IMG/VR virus record: IMGVR_UViG_3300044511_000209
Span: 1,676-65,675 of that record
Length of the DNA: 64,000 nt
Source of the DNA: a virus
Lineage: Duplodnaviria > Caudoviricetes
Strand: one strand, 5' to 3'
How positions within the stretch are numbered: the first letter of the stretch is position 1; each line of letters begins with the position of its first letter. The position numbers and the translations under genes were made by a program. The notes beneath the pieces were generated by a model. That model had not been told where the DNA came from, ran no database searches, and saw only the letters and a list, made by a program, of their open reading frames with translations. Shown here one piece after another: positions 28,905 through 38,842 of the stretch.

Positions 28905-29570
28905 TTAAACCTCTATCTGAAAAATGAGCTTCCTGAAAAGCTGGTAATTGATACTAAGGTCATATAATGCATGGTGGGTTTTCGTCGGGTCCACCTCGAT
29001 ACCATGCTCCTTACAGGCCAAGGTCAGGTTGGTTTTCAATCCCTTCTGGATATGATGATACAGTTTATACTGGTATTCCAGTAGGGACGATTTTCCGTCA
29101 TAGGGGGCGCTCATCTTGATACCCTTTAACAAAAGGCTCGTATCCAAAACCTTGTCGGTAAAGTTATACACGGGAATTCCCAAATGCCGGAATAACGCAT
29201 TTACGATATAATAGTCGAAGCATAAAATATTGTGCCCAACAATGTAATCTGCCTCGTGAAGCCACGTATTTACCGTATCAGCAACCGTTCGCGGGTCTTT
29301 ACCCTCGCGATTAACTCTATCCTCGCTATAACCCGTAATTTTGGCGGCATCTCTTGATACCTTCAAGGGCGGGGTCCATTTTAATAGTTGACAAAATTCA
29401 TCCACGACTTTGTTTCCCTGAACCCTAAGCATTGCTATTTCCCAAGGAAGATTATGACTCTCGTGCAGGCATAACGAGGCGGTTTCCGCATCTATGAATA
29501 CGATTTTCTTGTCTTGATTGAATCGGAGTAAATGTTCGCCTAGCATGAAATACCTTGCCTTTCTGTCCAA
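28905..29570 (-). CDS. DEDDh 3'-5' exonuclease (DnaQ/epsilon-like)
   Basis: FIDAET, GHNILCFD, LDT, HHALYD. Confidence 0.9.
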   Translation of the reverse strand: MDRKARYFMLGEHLLRFNQDKKIVFIDAETASLCLHESHNLPWEIAMLRVQGNKVVDEFCQLLKWTPPLKVSRDAAKITGYSEDRVNREGKDPRTVADTVNTWLHEADYIVGHNILCFDYYIVNALFRHLGIPVYNFTDKVLDTSLLLKGIKMSAPYDGKSSLLEYQYKLYHHIQKGLKTNLTLACKEHGIEVDPTKTHHALYDLSINYQLFRKLIFQIEV

Positions 29571-30313
29571 GACTCAAACGAGAACGTGTCAACGCTCATA
29601 TGCTCCAAATTAGGCGCATTAATAGAAGCCCTCTTATTGATAGCGCGGGCCGTAAGGTAGGCGAGAAAGTCCTTTTTCTTATAGTAAAAGATGGAATCCA
29701 CCCTCTGTGTTGGCAAGTTATTATTTTGCGCGTAATTTGTAACCTTATTTTCGATGATATGGTCAAACGGCAACCCTTTCGATTCGAGGAAGAAAGTGGG
29801 TTTTATATGCCCAAAGTTCGGCACAATATTTGCAAAAGTGAGAGCATTTTTAAAAAGAAACGAATCATAAAACGGCACGCCCAGCGCCAGATTTTCCGTC
29901 CAATATTTTTGAAGATTTTGCCAATCCGTGCGGTTTTCATAATAAAAGCCCTCCGTGCTTGAGTGTGAATAGAGCCGGGTTAAATCGTGATACCCCTTTG
30001 TATTTCGAGCCCAAACGATAACCTTGTTTTCTCCCAAAAAACTACCATCATCTTTCTGATGAACGTCGTTGCACACAACGACTTTATAGCCGAAACGTAA
30101 CAGGGCTCCCGCTTTTTCTATATTCGAAAAAGCTTGAATAAAGCCAGACATTGACGTTTCTGCCAGAAAAACCTCCTTTAATCCGAACTTTTTAACGAGC
30201 GCGCAAATCGAGACGGGATAATTATCCCGAATCTCGTCGGAATCATCAAGGGTTAAAATGCTACGTCCAATGGAGTAATGGGACGCAAAAACCGGGATGG
30301 TAGGCTCGTTCAT
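29540..30313 (-). CDS. Stand-alone PHP domain of DNA Pol III alpha
   Basis: SHYSIGRSIL, MSGFIQAF, ARNTKGYHDLTRL, EGFYY. Confidence 0.85.
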   Translation of the reverse strand: MNEPTIPVFASHYSIGRSILTLDDSDEIRDNYPVSICALVKKFGLKEVFLAETSMSGFIQAFSNIEKAGALLRFGYKVVVCNDVHQKDDGSFLGENKVIVWARNTKGYHDLTRLYSHSSTEGFYYENRTDWQNLQKYWTENLALGVPFYDSFLFKNALTFANIVPNFGHIKPTFFLESKGLPFDHIIENKVTNYAQNNNLPTQRVDSIFYYKKKDFLAYLTARAINKRASINAPNLEHMSVDTFSFESWTERQGISC

Positions 30314-30480
30314 TCGTTGCGTCGTGAATCCTTGGAGGTTTTCTTAAACGAGAATCTCACGCCGCTAACAGTATTGAAAATATGCACACAATCCTCCAAT
30401 AAACCGAGAGGGAAGGGACCAAGCTTGGGCTTTTTGGGCACCTTCACAAAAAACATGACGATGGGTTTATCCCGCCTCAT
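30310..30480 (-). CDS. Small basic hypothetical protein (56 aa, not in ORF track)
   Basis: MRRDKPIVMFFVKVPKKPKLG...RRNE; its TGA overlaps the ATG of the PHP gene; promoter directly upstream. Confidence 0.6.
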   Translation of the reverse strand: MRRDKPIVMFFVKVPKKPKLGPFPLGLLEDCVHIFNTVSGVRFSFKKTSKDSRRNE

Positions 30481-30486
30481 TGATGA

Positions 30487-30515
30487 ATGATATCCGAAAC
30501 TGGAAGATGTGTCAA
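30487..30515 (-). promoter_or_regulatory. sigma70-type promoter, near-leaderless
   Basis: TTGACA-17-TATCAT, then 6 nt to ATG (30480). Confidence 0.75.
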
Positions 30516-30525
30516 TACAATTCTT

Positions 30526-30981
30526 TTAGAAGCTATCCACCCGCAGGAATAGTTCCTCACATACCTCTCGCGGAACGCAATATCCGATGGAACTATAACC
30601 CTTATTTTGCACGGTTTTGGGTTTTAAGTCTTGGGTATATTTATCGAGAAAACGGGTTAATTTCACGGGGTCAAGCCAGAAAAACGTCTTATCTTGCAAA
30701 AAGAAATAAACAAAATAATCTATCCCATCCTCCACGGCGCGCCACGGACCACCGGGCTTTAGTGTTTTATCATTGCCGTAACGCTCGAAGAAGAAATTTG
30801 GCGTGGCTTCCATCGAGTAGGTATCCGTCTTTATCTCGACTGTTTTTCCATTCTCCACAACCAAATCATGTTTTATCCCATCGGTAGTGCTTGGGTTTAA
30901 ATTGGCATAGAACGAACAAAATAACTTCTCGCCAGCTTTCCCGATGTTGTTTTGCGCGTTGAAATAGAATGTGCGTTTCAT
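30526..30981 (-). CDS. PD-(D/E)XK restriction-like endonuclease
   Basis: GKAGE, HDL...VEIKTD, NFFFE. Confidence 0.6.
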   Translation of the reverse strand: MKRTFYFNAQNNIGKAGEKLFCSFYANLNPSTTDGIKHDLVVENGKTVEIKTDTYSMEATPNFFFERYGNDKTLKPGGPWRAVEDGIDYFVYFFLQDKTFFWLDPVKLTRFLDKYTQDLKPKTVQNKGYSSIGYCVPREVCEELFLRVDSF

Positions 30982-30992
30982 GAGATGGCTGA

Positions 30993-32012
30993 TTAGATGA
31001 AGGTGGGGTCGTTGTTATTATTTACACCCTTATTAAACTTTGCAAAAACCGGGCACCCATCATATTGCTTCTCAACCACTTGCGAATCGAAGTTTGCCTT
31101 GGCTTCAAGTTTTTGCTTATCAAATCCAGTTGAAATGATTTGCCCGCTAATGGAATCAATGAGGGCAAAATACTTTACGGGAAACTTATAGGGGCAATAC
31201 CACATTGGGGTGCCATCCTTTTTCTTTTGACCGGGTGAGCGGGCAAAACCACAGAGCCATTTCTTATCATCGTGGTTATAGGCGAAATCAGATTGCGCCT
31301 CTTTTTCGGTAAAGCTCTTAAATACTTCACCCATTTTGGATAAATAGGATTCCAATCCTCTCAATTGCTTCTCGGAATAAGGTGGAACGGTCTGTATAGG
31401 ATTTTCAGGAAACCGTAACAACACGAATTCCACGCGCGCGGGCTTGTTGAACCTTTTGCGTGCGGCCAACTGATAAATCCCAGCCTGAATATTATCGCGT
31501 AATTGCTCATCCGTAAATTGACGGCTTTGGGATTTAAAGTCTCGAATAAGGACTTCATTCTCGAATTCCGCGCAATCATCAATAAGTCCCTTCAATTCCA
31601 AGGGCTCCAAATGCAAAACAAATTCATACTCTGGCGGCAAAACTTGGAGCGCCCCCTTGTGAAAGAAATCATATTTCAAACCTACCTGAATCAAGCCATT
31701 AAATTCAGCTTGAAAGGTTTCATAGGATACGCCCAATCTTTTACAGGCGGATTGTATCATCCTCATAATCGCCTTCGATTTATGAATAGACGGGTTGGGC
31801 TCGGATGTGATTTCTACGAAATGATGATAATGCCGGGGGTTCTTCAATACCTCAAACACGCTATGCACAATCGTTCCGACAAGCGTTTTGGGGTGCGGGG
31901 TTTGTGGCACCCGAAGCACGTTATTGACGTAAAACATCCAAGAACAATTATCCAGTTCCTTGATTCGGGATGCTGAAAGTCTTAATTTCTTGGGTGTGTT
32001 GACGTTATTCAT
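30993..32012 (-). CDS. PD-(D/E)XK RecB/Cas4-like exonuclease
   Basis: LSASRI, GTIVHSVFE, LKGLIDD, IRDFKS, QAGIY. Confidence 0.85.
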   Translation of the reverse strand: MNNVNTPKKLRLSASRIKELDNCSWMFYVNNVLRVPQTPHPKTLVGTIVHSVFEVLKNPRHYHHFVEITSEPNPSIHKSKAIMRMIQSACKRLGVSYETFQAEFNGLIQVGLKYDFFHKGALQVLPPEYEFVLHLEPLELKGLIDDCAEFENEVLIRDFKSQSRQFTDEQLRDNIQAGIYQLAARKRFNKPARVEFVLLRFPENPIQTVPPYSEKQLRGLESYLSKMGEVFKSFTEKEAQSDFAYNHDDKKWLCGFARSPGQKKKDGTPMWYCPYKFPVKYFALIDSISGQIISTGFDKQKLEAKANFDSQVVEKQYDGCPVFAKFNKGVNNNNDPTFI

Positions 32013-33030
32013 GGGGCGCTAATTGCGTGAAAAAATCAGTGATTTTCTCCCGTCCGCCATCGGACATCAATAACTCATTCCAATCTTTGGCTGGGGGCAG
32101 ACAAATTTGGATTTTCGGCGCATCAAAATATTTACGCAATTTGGTTTGCAACTTAGAAGCCGCCTTGTTCCCCGCTTGACCGCCCACCAAAGCATCATTA
32201 TTCACGCTGATAATAATCCTGTCTAGCGGCAACTTCAATAAACAATTAATTTGTGCCGTGCTGATATCCACACCAAACAAGACAAACGCCGTTTTGATTC
32301 CGCACTCGTATAGAGCAAGGCAATCAAAAATGCTTTCCACAAGAATTATTTCTCGTTTTGTCTTGATATCTTCCGCATTAATAAACAGGGGATATTTGAA
32401 CTCGGATTTATCACCAACAATCTTCACCTTGGGTCTGGGTGTGTTCTTGGTTGATGTCACGTCCCTTCCCACAAAACCCACAACCTGATATTGGTCATTA
32501 AAAACTGGAAAAATGAATCGCCCGCTCAATTTGCCCTTATTAGTCGGCGAGGATAATCCACCCTTGAATATTCTTACCGTGTTTTCGGAGATGCCCCGGC
32601 TCAGTGGATAAGCATATATTGGGGCTAACTTCAAAAGTAAATCGTTTGAAAACACCCTCTGGGTCTTTAACTTCATTTTCTGACGAAAAAGCGCGCCCTG
32701 CACGGGGGGCACAACGATGTTTTTATCGGCGAGCCATTTAGCAAAAGACCCATCCTCCATTTGCAAGGTGCGGGCAATCAATTGTTCAATTGAGAATTTC
32801 TCAGTTGTGACAAAATCAATCACGAGATTCTTATCGGGATAAATGGCGAGACTCGTGTTATTATCGCCGTTTCGATACAGCGCGGCGGTCTGAATATAGG
32901 TGCCAGACCGTCTTAATGAATATCCAAGCTCTTCCAGCGCGGACAATAATTGCTCAACGGAATGACCCGTCGCTGGCGTAACCGGCGCTGCGGTTGTTTG
33001 TGGGTTGGATAGCATATTACAATTTCTCAT
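32005..33030 (-). CDS. DNA primase (Toprim)
   Basis: SRGIS, GRFIFPV, GFVGR, LVESIFDCL, VNND, KDWNE; adjacent to the helicase. Confidence 0.85.
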   Translation of the reverse strand: MRNCNMLSNPQTTAAPVTPATGHSVEQLLSALEELGYSLRRSGTYIQTAALYRNGDNNTSLAIYPDKNLVIDFVTTEKFSIEQLIARTLQMEDGSFAKWLADKNIVVPPVQGALFRQKMKLKTQRVFSNDLLLKLAPIYAYPLSRGISENTVRIFKGGLSSPTNKGKLSGRFIFPVFNDQYQVVGFVGRDVTSTKNTPRPKVKIVGDKSEFKYPLFINAEDIKTKREIILVESIFDCLALYECGIKTAFVLFGVDISTAQINCLLKLPLDRIIISVNNDALVGGQAGNKAASKLQTKLRKYFDAPKIQICLPPAKDWNELLMSDGGREKITDFFTQLAPHE

Positions 33031-34549
33031 CCTTGTGTGGCTCCTTGCCGCCCTGTTCGTCTGTGTTCTCGTAAATTTCCTTGAGTTCTTGGGCCATCTT
33101 GTTCAAATCGCCCTTATCTTCAAAAAAGAATGAACTGCTCGCCAAATTGATATAGTTCCTCTCATACTTTTTGCCGACCTTGACCGGGTTCAGCGCGGCC
33201 TGATAATCCATTCCCAAGGAACGATGTTTGACGTTCTTCATCTTGAGATTACCATATTTGTCCCCCTCGTAGGCAACTTCATCCATCAGTTTTTGCCGGA
33301 TAATCCAAGCGTGATTCACTTGTTGAATAATGCGGTCGGATAGGCTGAAAATATCCTCAGAATCATCTATCTGTGAGGACAGCCGGTTATTGGTAATACC
33401 CTTTCGGTTCGATTGCAAGCTTACCCACGCCGCCGCATCTATTTCATTTAGTATCAGGGATTTTAAAGACTGGATAAAGTGACCCATCTCCTTGTATTCG
33501 GGCACATTTGGATTAAAATCGAAGGGTTTTAAATAATCGTAATGAATCAAAAGCTTCGTCTTTCTGTGCTTAGGGTCAAACTTGATGTCACGGCCCACAA
33601 CCAAGAAATAAAAACGCTTGATAATGCTGACAATTTCGGCTGGCGACTTTAAGCTGATATCCTCGTAAAACAACTTCATCGTTCGGACGCGCGGCCAAAC
33701 AGACCGAACCAATCTTTCACACTCGGCGCTTTTTCGCCAAGTGCCCTGTTCAATCAGGTGTAACGGCACCCGTCCACCCGTCAACATGCATACCGCCCGC
33801 ATCTGCAATTCCTCCTTGGACATTTCGCCAAAATCCAAATGCAAGATGGGTAAGTTGTATCGTTCGGCAACCCATGTCAGATAATACATGCCGATTGCGG
33901 TTTTACCAACGCCGGTTCTTGCTGCTACTAGATTAATTGCGCCCGGCCTTAGTAATGAACCGTAAATTCGATTGACTGTTTGAAAAGGGCCAACCAAAAA
34001 GGTTTGGTCGTATTCCTGTGGATTATTGCCGCGCTCTTCAATCACCGCCTCCAAGTCCTCAAAGATATTCGACGCGCCCAAAGAGCGGGTATGAAAAGAG
34101 CTTATCGTTTTGTGATAAATAGTATCGGTATTATTGATAAAATCGAGGCCCGTTTTGTCGGCGGACGCACGGGCCAGCTTCTTCAATGACTCGCCCATAC
34201 TTTCAACGTCGCGCCGCATCCTTAAACGAATCAAATCTTGCGCCGCCTTGATGGTCGCGGCTTTGGTTACGCTGGTAAAACAGACAACATCAATATAGGC
34301 GAAAATATCCATTTCCCCAAAGACGTGAATCCCCAAGTCCTTGATTTTTTGAGCCAAGATAACCTTGTCTATCTTCTCGCCGCCCACAAGCAGTTGGTTG
34401 ATTATGGAATAAATAACCCGATGTGTGGATTCGTAGAAGTCTTTCTCGGAGAGAAAGTTGTTGATTTCTACATATACATCCAGCCCATTGTGAACTAAGC
34501 CACTAAGGACGTGGCGCTCTAATTCGATAGAGTGAATTTGACTGTCCAT
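33017..34549 (-). CDS. dnaB: Replicative DNA helicase
   Basis: DnaB N-terminus (ERHVL..DFY..HRVIY), Walker A ARTGVGKT, GEMS, DYL, QSNR. Confidence 0.9.
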   Translation of the reverse strand: MDSQIHSIELERHVLSGLVHNGLDVYVEINNFLSEKDFYESTHRVIYSIINQLLVGGEKIDKVILAQKIKDLGIHVFGEMDIFAYIDVVCFTSVTKAATIKAAQDLIRLRMRRDVESMGESLKKLARASADKTGLDFINNTDTIYHKTISSFHTRSLGASNIFEDLEAVIEERGNNPQEYDQTFLVGPFQTVNRIYGSLLRPGAINLVAARTGVGKTAIGMYYLTWVAERYNLPILHLDFGEMSKEELQMRAVCMLTGGRVPLHLIEQGTWRKSAECERLVRSVWPRVRTMKLFYEDISLKSPAEIVSIIKRFYFLVVGRDIKFDPKHRKTKLLIHYDYLKPFDFNPNVPEYKEMGHFIQSLKSLILNEIDAAAWVSLQSNRKGITNNRLSSQIDDSEDIFSLSDRIIQQVNHAWIIRQKLMDEVAYEGDKYGNLKMKNVKHRSLGMDYQAALNPVKVGKKYERNYINLASSSFFFEDKGDLNKMAQELKEIYENTDEQGGKEPHKDEKL

Positions 34550-34552
34550 TCA

Positions 34553-34834
34553 CTACTTTCCCTTTGGTCCGCCGCCAGCCGAGATAATGTTCTGCACCAT
34601 CATTTGGGTATTGACCATATTCAACGCGGCACACCAATTCGTGGCGTGCTGATTCAGGGCCAATCCCGCGTCCACGGTGTCATACTGTGCGGCTACTTGT
34701 GGGAGCCCGTCTTGATTGAAATAAAACATAAGAAACCCATTGCGAGTGCACTCGCTGATTTGCTTCAATAACAAATCTGGGAACTCGAACTCTTTTTTAC
34801 GTTTCTTGCTCATAAAGCGCGTTAATATCCCCAA
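34553..34834 (-). CDS. Hypothetical protein
   Basis: Tightly packed ORF in the replication operon. Confidence 0.6.
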   Translation of the reverse strand: MGILTRFMSKKRKKEFEFPDLLLKQISECTRNGFLMFYFNQDGLPQVAAQYDTVDAGLALNQHATNWCAALNMVNTQMMVQNIISAGGGPKGK

Positions 34835-35055
34835 TCTGTGCGATGATGGGGTTCTTCAATGTAGCGCGCGGTTCTATATTCCCGCCCCATCGAATATGCC
34901 ACCCACGCAGCACGTTTCAAATCATCTTCGGTGACGAGCCCCTTGTCTAACAAGCTTAAATACGCATGGTTCAGCTTGCCATTGAATTGCCACCATTTAT
35001 TGAATTCGTAGCTGTATTGTGGGTTCATAGTTTTGTTTGTTTTGTTTATTACCAA
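34822..35055 (-). CDS. Hypothetical protein
   Basis: Fills the gap in the operon; start uncertain. Confidence 0.5.
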   Translation of the reverse strand: MVINKTNKTMNPQYSYEFNKWWQFNGKLNHAYLSLLDKGLVTEDDLKRAAWVAYSMGREYRTARYIEEPHHRTDWGY

Positions 35056-35456
35056 TAAATCTGATATTTATCCACGAACCATTGGCGGGTTAATGGAAAA
35101 TCAGATTCCTCCAATTCGATGACTGTATAACCATTCTCTTCCAGTATTTTACGTTTCTTGCAATCATTTCGAAATTGTCTTAAAAAGCCATCGCGATTTC
35201 CGGCAAAAAATTTGACAAACTCATTATGCTGCCGCCCATTGAATTCGATGGCCACCTTCTTTGAGGCACATAAGAAATCCACCCGGAGTCGGCATGTTGG
35301 CAACCTGTATTCCTCATACCACATGTGATTCTGTGCCACATTTTTCAAAAAATCCTTGACATATTGCGACCCACTGGACGGCGCGGACTTTTCCCAAACA
35401 ATCTTGTATTTGCCGTCATTATGCCAGCGCTCCGCACCATTGATTATCCAGCGCAT
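35049..35456 (-). CDS. DUF559/Vsr-like endonuclease
   Basis: LRVDFL...VAIEFNGRQH...D..K...LEENGY. Confidence 0.75.
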   Translation of the reverse strand: MRWIINGAERWHNDGKYKIVWEKSAPSSGSQYVKDFLKNVAQNHMWYEEYRLPTCRLRVDFLCASKKVAIEFNGRQHNEFVKFFAGNRDGFLRQFRNDCKKRKILEENGYTVIELEESDFPLTRQWFVDKYQIYW

Positions 35457-35457
35457 A

Positions 35458-36606
35458 TTACTTCACGCCCGACAAAACGTTGACATATTTCTCGTAAAGA
35501 AATTGGCACACTTTGGGATTTTCCTCCAAAAAGGCACGAACATTATCAATACCCTGAAATTTATCTGGCACATCAGGGCATACCTCTTGAAGAGATTTGT
35601 GCAATTTTTCCTCCACCGTAAACCATGAACCCTTCTCCCCCTTGCGTTTTAGGTGTTCCCACATTATCATCATATTAACGAGTTCCGCTTCCCGCCAAAC
35701 ACTTGCGCCCCCGGTGCGGCCATATTTGATGGGATAGGTCAATTTATTGTAATTTTCGTTATCCGATTTGACGATACGCACCTTACAATGGTGCCCCACA
35801 GCTTTGCTATTCCTATCGCTGGGGTCTAGGCGCAACACATCATCGCTATTGCGCGGCAAAAAGTCCAACACGCAAGACGCTCCGTGTTCAATGGCGTGGC
35901 CACCCGATGATTTGCCCTGTCGGGGAGTTGTTACTTGATATTGGTTCAATTTAATTTCTTCCCGCACTTGGGAAATAAAGACAATAATATGGCCCCGTTT
36001 GGCTAATGCCACGGCTGTCTTTTTGAGAAAGACGGACGTAATCAGCGCGCCCCCCGCAACCTTGTCTGCTTCTTCCAAGGGCTTGCTCAAATCCTCTCGG
36101 CGGGCCATACTGTCCACAGAATCAATAACGAAGAAATATTTGTTGCCCTTTTCGTTCTTGGTGATTAACTCTCGGATAAACCCAAACACAACCTCATAAA
36201 CATTCGTATCCACAATAAGGCATGTGCCGGGTTTCCAATCGGTGGGGTTAAGCGTGAATGGAACGCCCGAACGACTTTGCACTTCGGGGGAAAGCCGTCC
36301 CTCGCATCGAAAATAGACGCCAAAATTATCGCCCTTGTTTTTTCCGTGGCCCCGCAGGAAATTAAGCATGAAATCAAGGGCGCATGATGTTTTGCCGCCC
36401 GCTGTAATGCCGATAAATCGATGCGCGCCCGTGCATAGCCCGCCGGTTAATTCCAACGTTAAATTCAAACTTGAGCTTGGCACCTTGTAATAATTGTCCG
36501 GCTCAAAATTATAGTGGTCGTCCTTTGTAGATTGTAAATACGCCGTTGCTTGTGCGCTGGCTGTCTGTTCGGGCTTTTCGGTCTGCGCGGGTGGTGTTTT
36601 GGCCAT
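35458..36606 (-). CDS. RecA/UvsX-like recombinase
   Basis: SSSLNL..LTGG, GITAGGKTS, IDSV, ISQVR, SGGHAIEH. Confidence 0.9.
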   Translation of the reverse strand: MAKTPPAQTEKPEQTASAQATAYLQSTKDDHYNFEPDNYYKVPSSSLNLTLELTGGLCTGAHRFIGITAGGKTSCALDFMLNFLRGHGKNKGDNFGVYFRCEGRLSPEVQSRSGVPFTLNPTDWKPGTCLIVDTNVYEVVFGFIRELITKNEKGNKYFFVIDSVDSMARREDLSKPLEEADKVAGGALITSVFLKKTAVALAKRGHIIVFISQVREEIKLNQYQVTTPRQGKSSGGHAIEHGASCVLDFLPRNSDDVLRLDPSDRNSKAVGHHCKVRIVKSDNENYNKLTYPIKYGRTGGASVWREAELVNMMIMWEHLKRKGEKGSWFTVEEKLHKSLQEVCPDVPDKFQGIDNVRAFLEENPKVCQFLYEKYVNVLSGVK

Positions 36607-36616
36607 AAAAATCAGA

Positions 36617-36988
36617 TTAAGAAATGAATTCCATCAGTGATGGCTTATTGGCGATAATGGCATCCAACCCCACCTTTTCCCTTTCAAGGGGGATAGGATT
36701 ATCATTGGTAATGAATACCCTATCACGAACGGAGTATCTACGGCTTATTTGCTCATTGCCCTCGGGGGTTAGAAACCAACTGAGGGTTCCAGCATGGGGG
36801 CGGTCGCTTTCGAGTGTTTCCCAAAATGTAATATCGGGAAATTTAGCAAGAAGTTTACGTGCAATTTTGATTTCCTTGCCCCAATTTATAGCTTGGGCGT
36901 TTGGGCAGAATTTGGATATGATATACCGGCAATTCTCGAAATCCACATTCATCAGCCTTAGTTTACACAAGTCTTGAAAGGAAAGCAA
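36617..36988 (-). CDS. Hypothetical protein
   Basis: ORF in operon context; start uncertain. Confidence 0.6.
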   Translation of the reverse strand: MLSFQDLCKLRLMNVDFENCRYIISKFCPNAQAINWGKEIKIARKLLAKFPDITFWETLESDRPHAGTLSWFLTPEGNEQISRRYSVRDRVFITNDNPIPLEREKVGLDAIIANKPSLMEFIS

Positions 36989-37005
36989 GCGCCGAAAAAG
37001 AAAAA

Positions 37006-38004
37006 CTATTCGGGCGGCGCGCCAGATTTTTGCAAATAAAAATTGTGAACCCCAACGTAATCTGGTTGTCTACTTTGCTGTAAGTCTCTCGTTCGTAAAT
37101 ACTTGACAATACTCCAATCATACCGATTCGCCAAAATATCCTGCCGTGTTTGTTTCAAAATATAATACCGATACAATGTTTTAAGGCAATGCTCGTTTTC
37201 GACGGGGGTTAAAAAGACGGCATCTTCAAAGGCGTCGGGGCGGCGAAAATAACCCAATAAATCATCAAGGGTATTCATGTTTAACCCAAGCGCTTGAATA
37301 CAATATTGACGAAATACTTGCCGCGTGCGCTCATGGGCTATAACCACATCCCGCCCAAAGCGCCCATACATGTTTTCCGTTTCGTTGGTAATATTATGGC
37401 ACACGAAATATTTCGCCGAGTGCAGCAGCATTGAGTTATCAGGATTTTTGCGATTGATGATAAAGTCGCCAAAGTAGCATTCATTATCATTCGGGCGCTT
37501 TACCTTGGATTCATCTTGGATGGAAATAGCCTTTCCCATCAGGGGTTGGGGCCAAACATGAGTTGTTTGCGGGTAAGTTTGTGAGGGATGAAACCTGAAA
37601 AAGTAGGGGCGTCCCCACATCATGCATCCAATATCCTCGGATTCGTATTGGGTGGCGATGGCGCGCATATTTTCCAACCAAGGCTTTTGCGGCTCTTCTT
37701 GCGCATCAATCATCAAAACCCAATCCCCCAAGCATATTGGCCCCGCTTGCAGGGCCATTGTCATGCCCATACCATTAATATTAACCCAAGGTGCGACCAT
37801 GATACGCCCCTCTTTTTTGGATGTGTCCAACATTGCGTATGTTTTGGATAGGGTGGCTTCCAAGGGGTATTGTGAATGACTATGATTTACCACCCAACAA
37901 GCGCCATCGAAATAGGGGAATACATTCGTGGTAAGGCGGGTAATATTGTGTTCCTCGCCTGTGCAGCCAACTTGACCGCATATCCAAAATTTAGTCTTGC
38001 GCAT
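37006..38004 (-). CDS. GT-A (GT2-like) glycosyltransferase, divergent
   Basis: GDWVLMIDAQE (DxxE-type), LLHSAKY; start reassigned to MRKTKF. Confidence 0.55.
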   Translation of the reverse strand: MRKTKFWICGQVGCTGEEHNITRLTTNVFPYFDGACWVVNHSHSQYPLEATLSKTYAMLDTSKKEGRIMVAPWVNINGMGMTMALQAGPICLGDWVLMIDAQEEPQKPWLENMRAIATQYESEDIGCMMWGRPYFFRFHPSQTYPQTTHVWPQPLMGKAISIQDESKVKRPNDNECYFGDFIINRKNPDNSMLLHSAKYFVCHNITNETENMYGRFGRDVVIAHERTRQVFRQYCIQALGLNMNTLDDLLGYFRRPDAFEDAVFLTPVENEHCLKTLYRYYILKQTRQDILANRYDWSIVKYLRTRDLQQSRQPDYVGVHNFYLQKSGAPPE

Positions 38005-38842
38005 GGAAAATTTCGGGTAAAGATTGCCCACGCCGATTATAATAGGCTAGATTAAATTCTGCTGTATCCCTTTCCACATTCCATCTATATGAACACGTTC
38101 CGATGGCCCTCCATTGATAGGCTATCTTATCCTTGATGCGTATCTTTGATTCTACGCTATCATCATGCGTCCAACTTAAATGACACGGATTGCACATATA
38201 ATAAGGAATTTGAGTTCCGGCGCAATTGGGGGTCTGTGTCTTGTCAGCAAAAGTAACATCATTATCCCAATAAAAACGTGTCACGCCGCCATGATTTTTG
38301 TTATTTAAGATGCGAACGGGGCGGAAGTCTTGAACGTAAGTTCTATCCTTAATGTGTCCGAAGTAATTGCGGAAATTAATCCGGTAAAAATCATACCACG
38401 GATGTTCGTGTAGGAACTCGCAAATTGTATGGATTTGGGCAAGGGTATAATATTCGTCGAATAAATCCAGTTGGAAAATGAAATCTGGGTTAAATTGCCT
38501 CAGATAATCCAGCCCGGCATTGCGAGCCTCGAAGTCTAAGATGGGGGCGTCAATTTCAATGAATTTATCAATGGCGCGCGAGGCTTCATAGCGCCGTAAC
38601 GTTTCCGAGCAAGCATTATTAGGGGCATACACCCGCCCCAATTCCCTATTTTCCTTGAAAAGCGCGCTAACACAAACAATTTTCAGGTCAAAAAGAGGAT
38701 TAGGGGCGACATCTTGTATGCCGGTATGCTCATTCGGTGCCCCGCATTTGGATAACACCCAAGGCGCAAGCGTTGAGATAACATCGGGGCAATCGTAACC
38801 GATGGCGATGATACCTAAAATTGGTTTACTACTCATAATCAA
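37991..38842 (-). CDS. GT-A (GT2-like) glycosyltransferase
   Basis: ARNAGLDY...DFIFQLDLFDEYY, HLSW, KIAYQ. Confidence 0.65.
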   Translation of the reverse strand: MIMSSKPILGIIAIGYDCPDVISTLAPWVLSKCGAPNEHTGIQDVAPNPLFDLKIVCVSALFKENRELGRVYAPNNACSETLRRYEASRAIDKFIEIDAPILDFEARNAGLDYLRQFNPDFIFQLDLFDEYYTLAQIHTICEFLHEHPWYDFYRINFRNYFGHIKDRTYVQDFRPVRILNNKNHGGVTRFYWDNDVTFADKTQTPNCAGTQIPYYMCNPCHLSWTHDDSVESKIRIKDKIAYQWRAIGTCSYRWNVERDTAEFNLAYYNRRGQSLPEIFHAQD

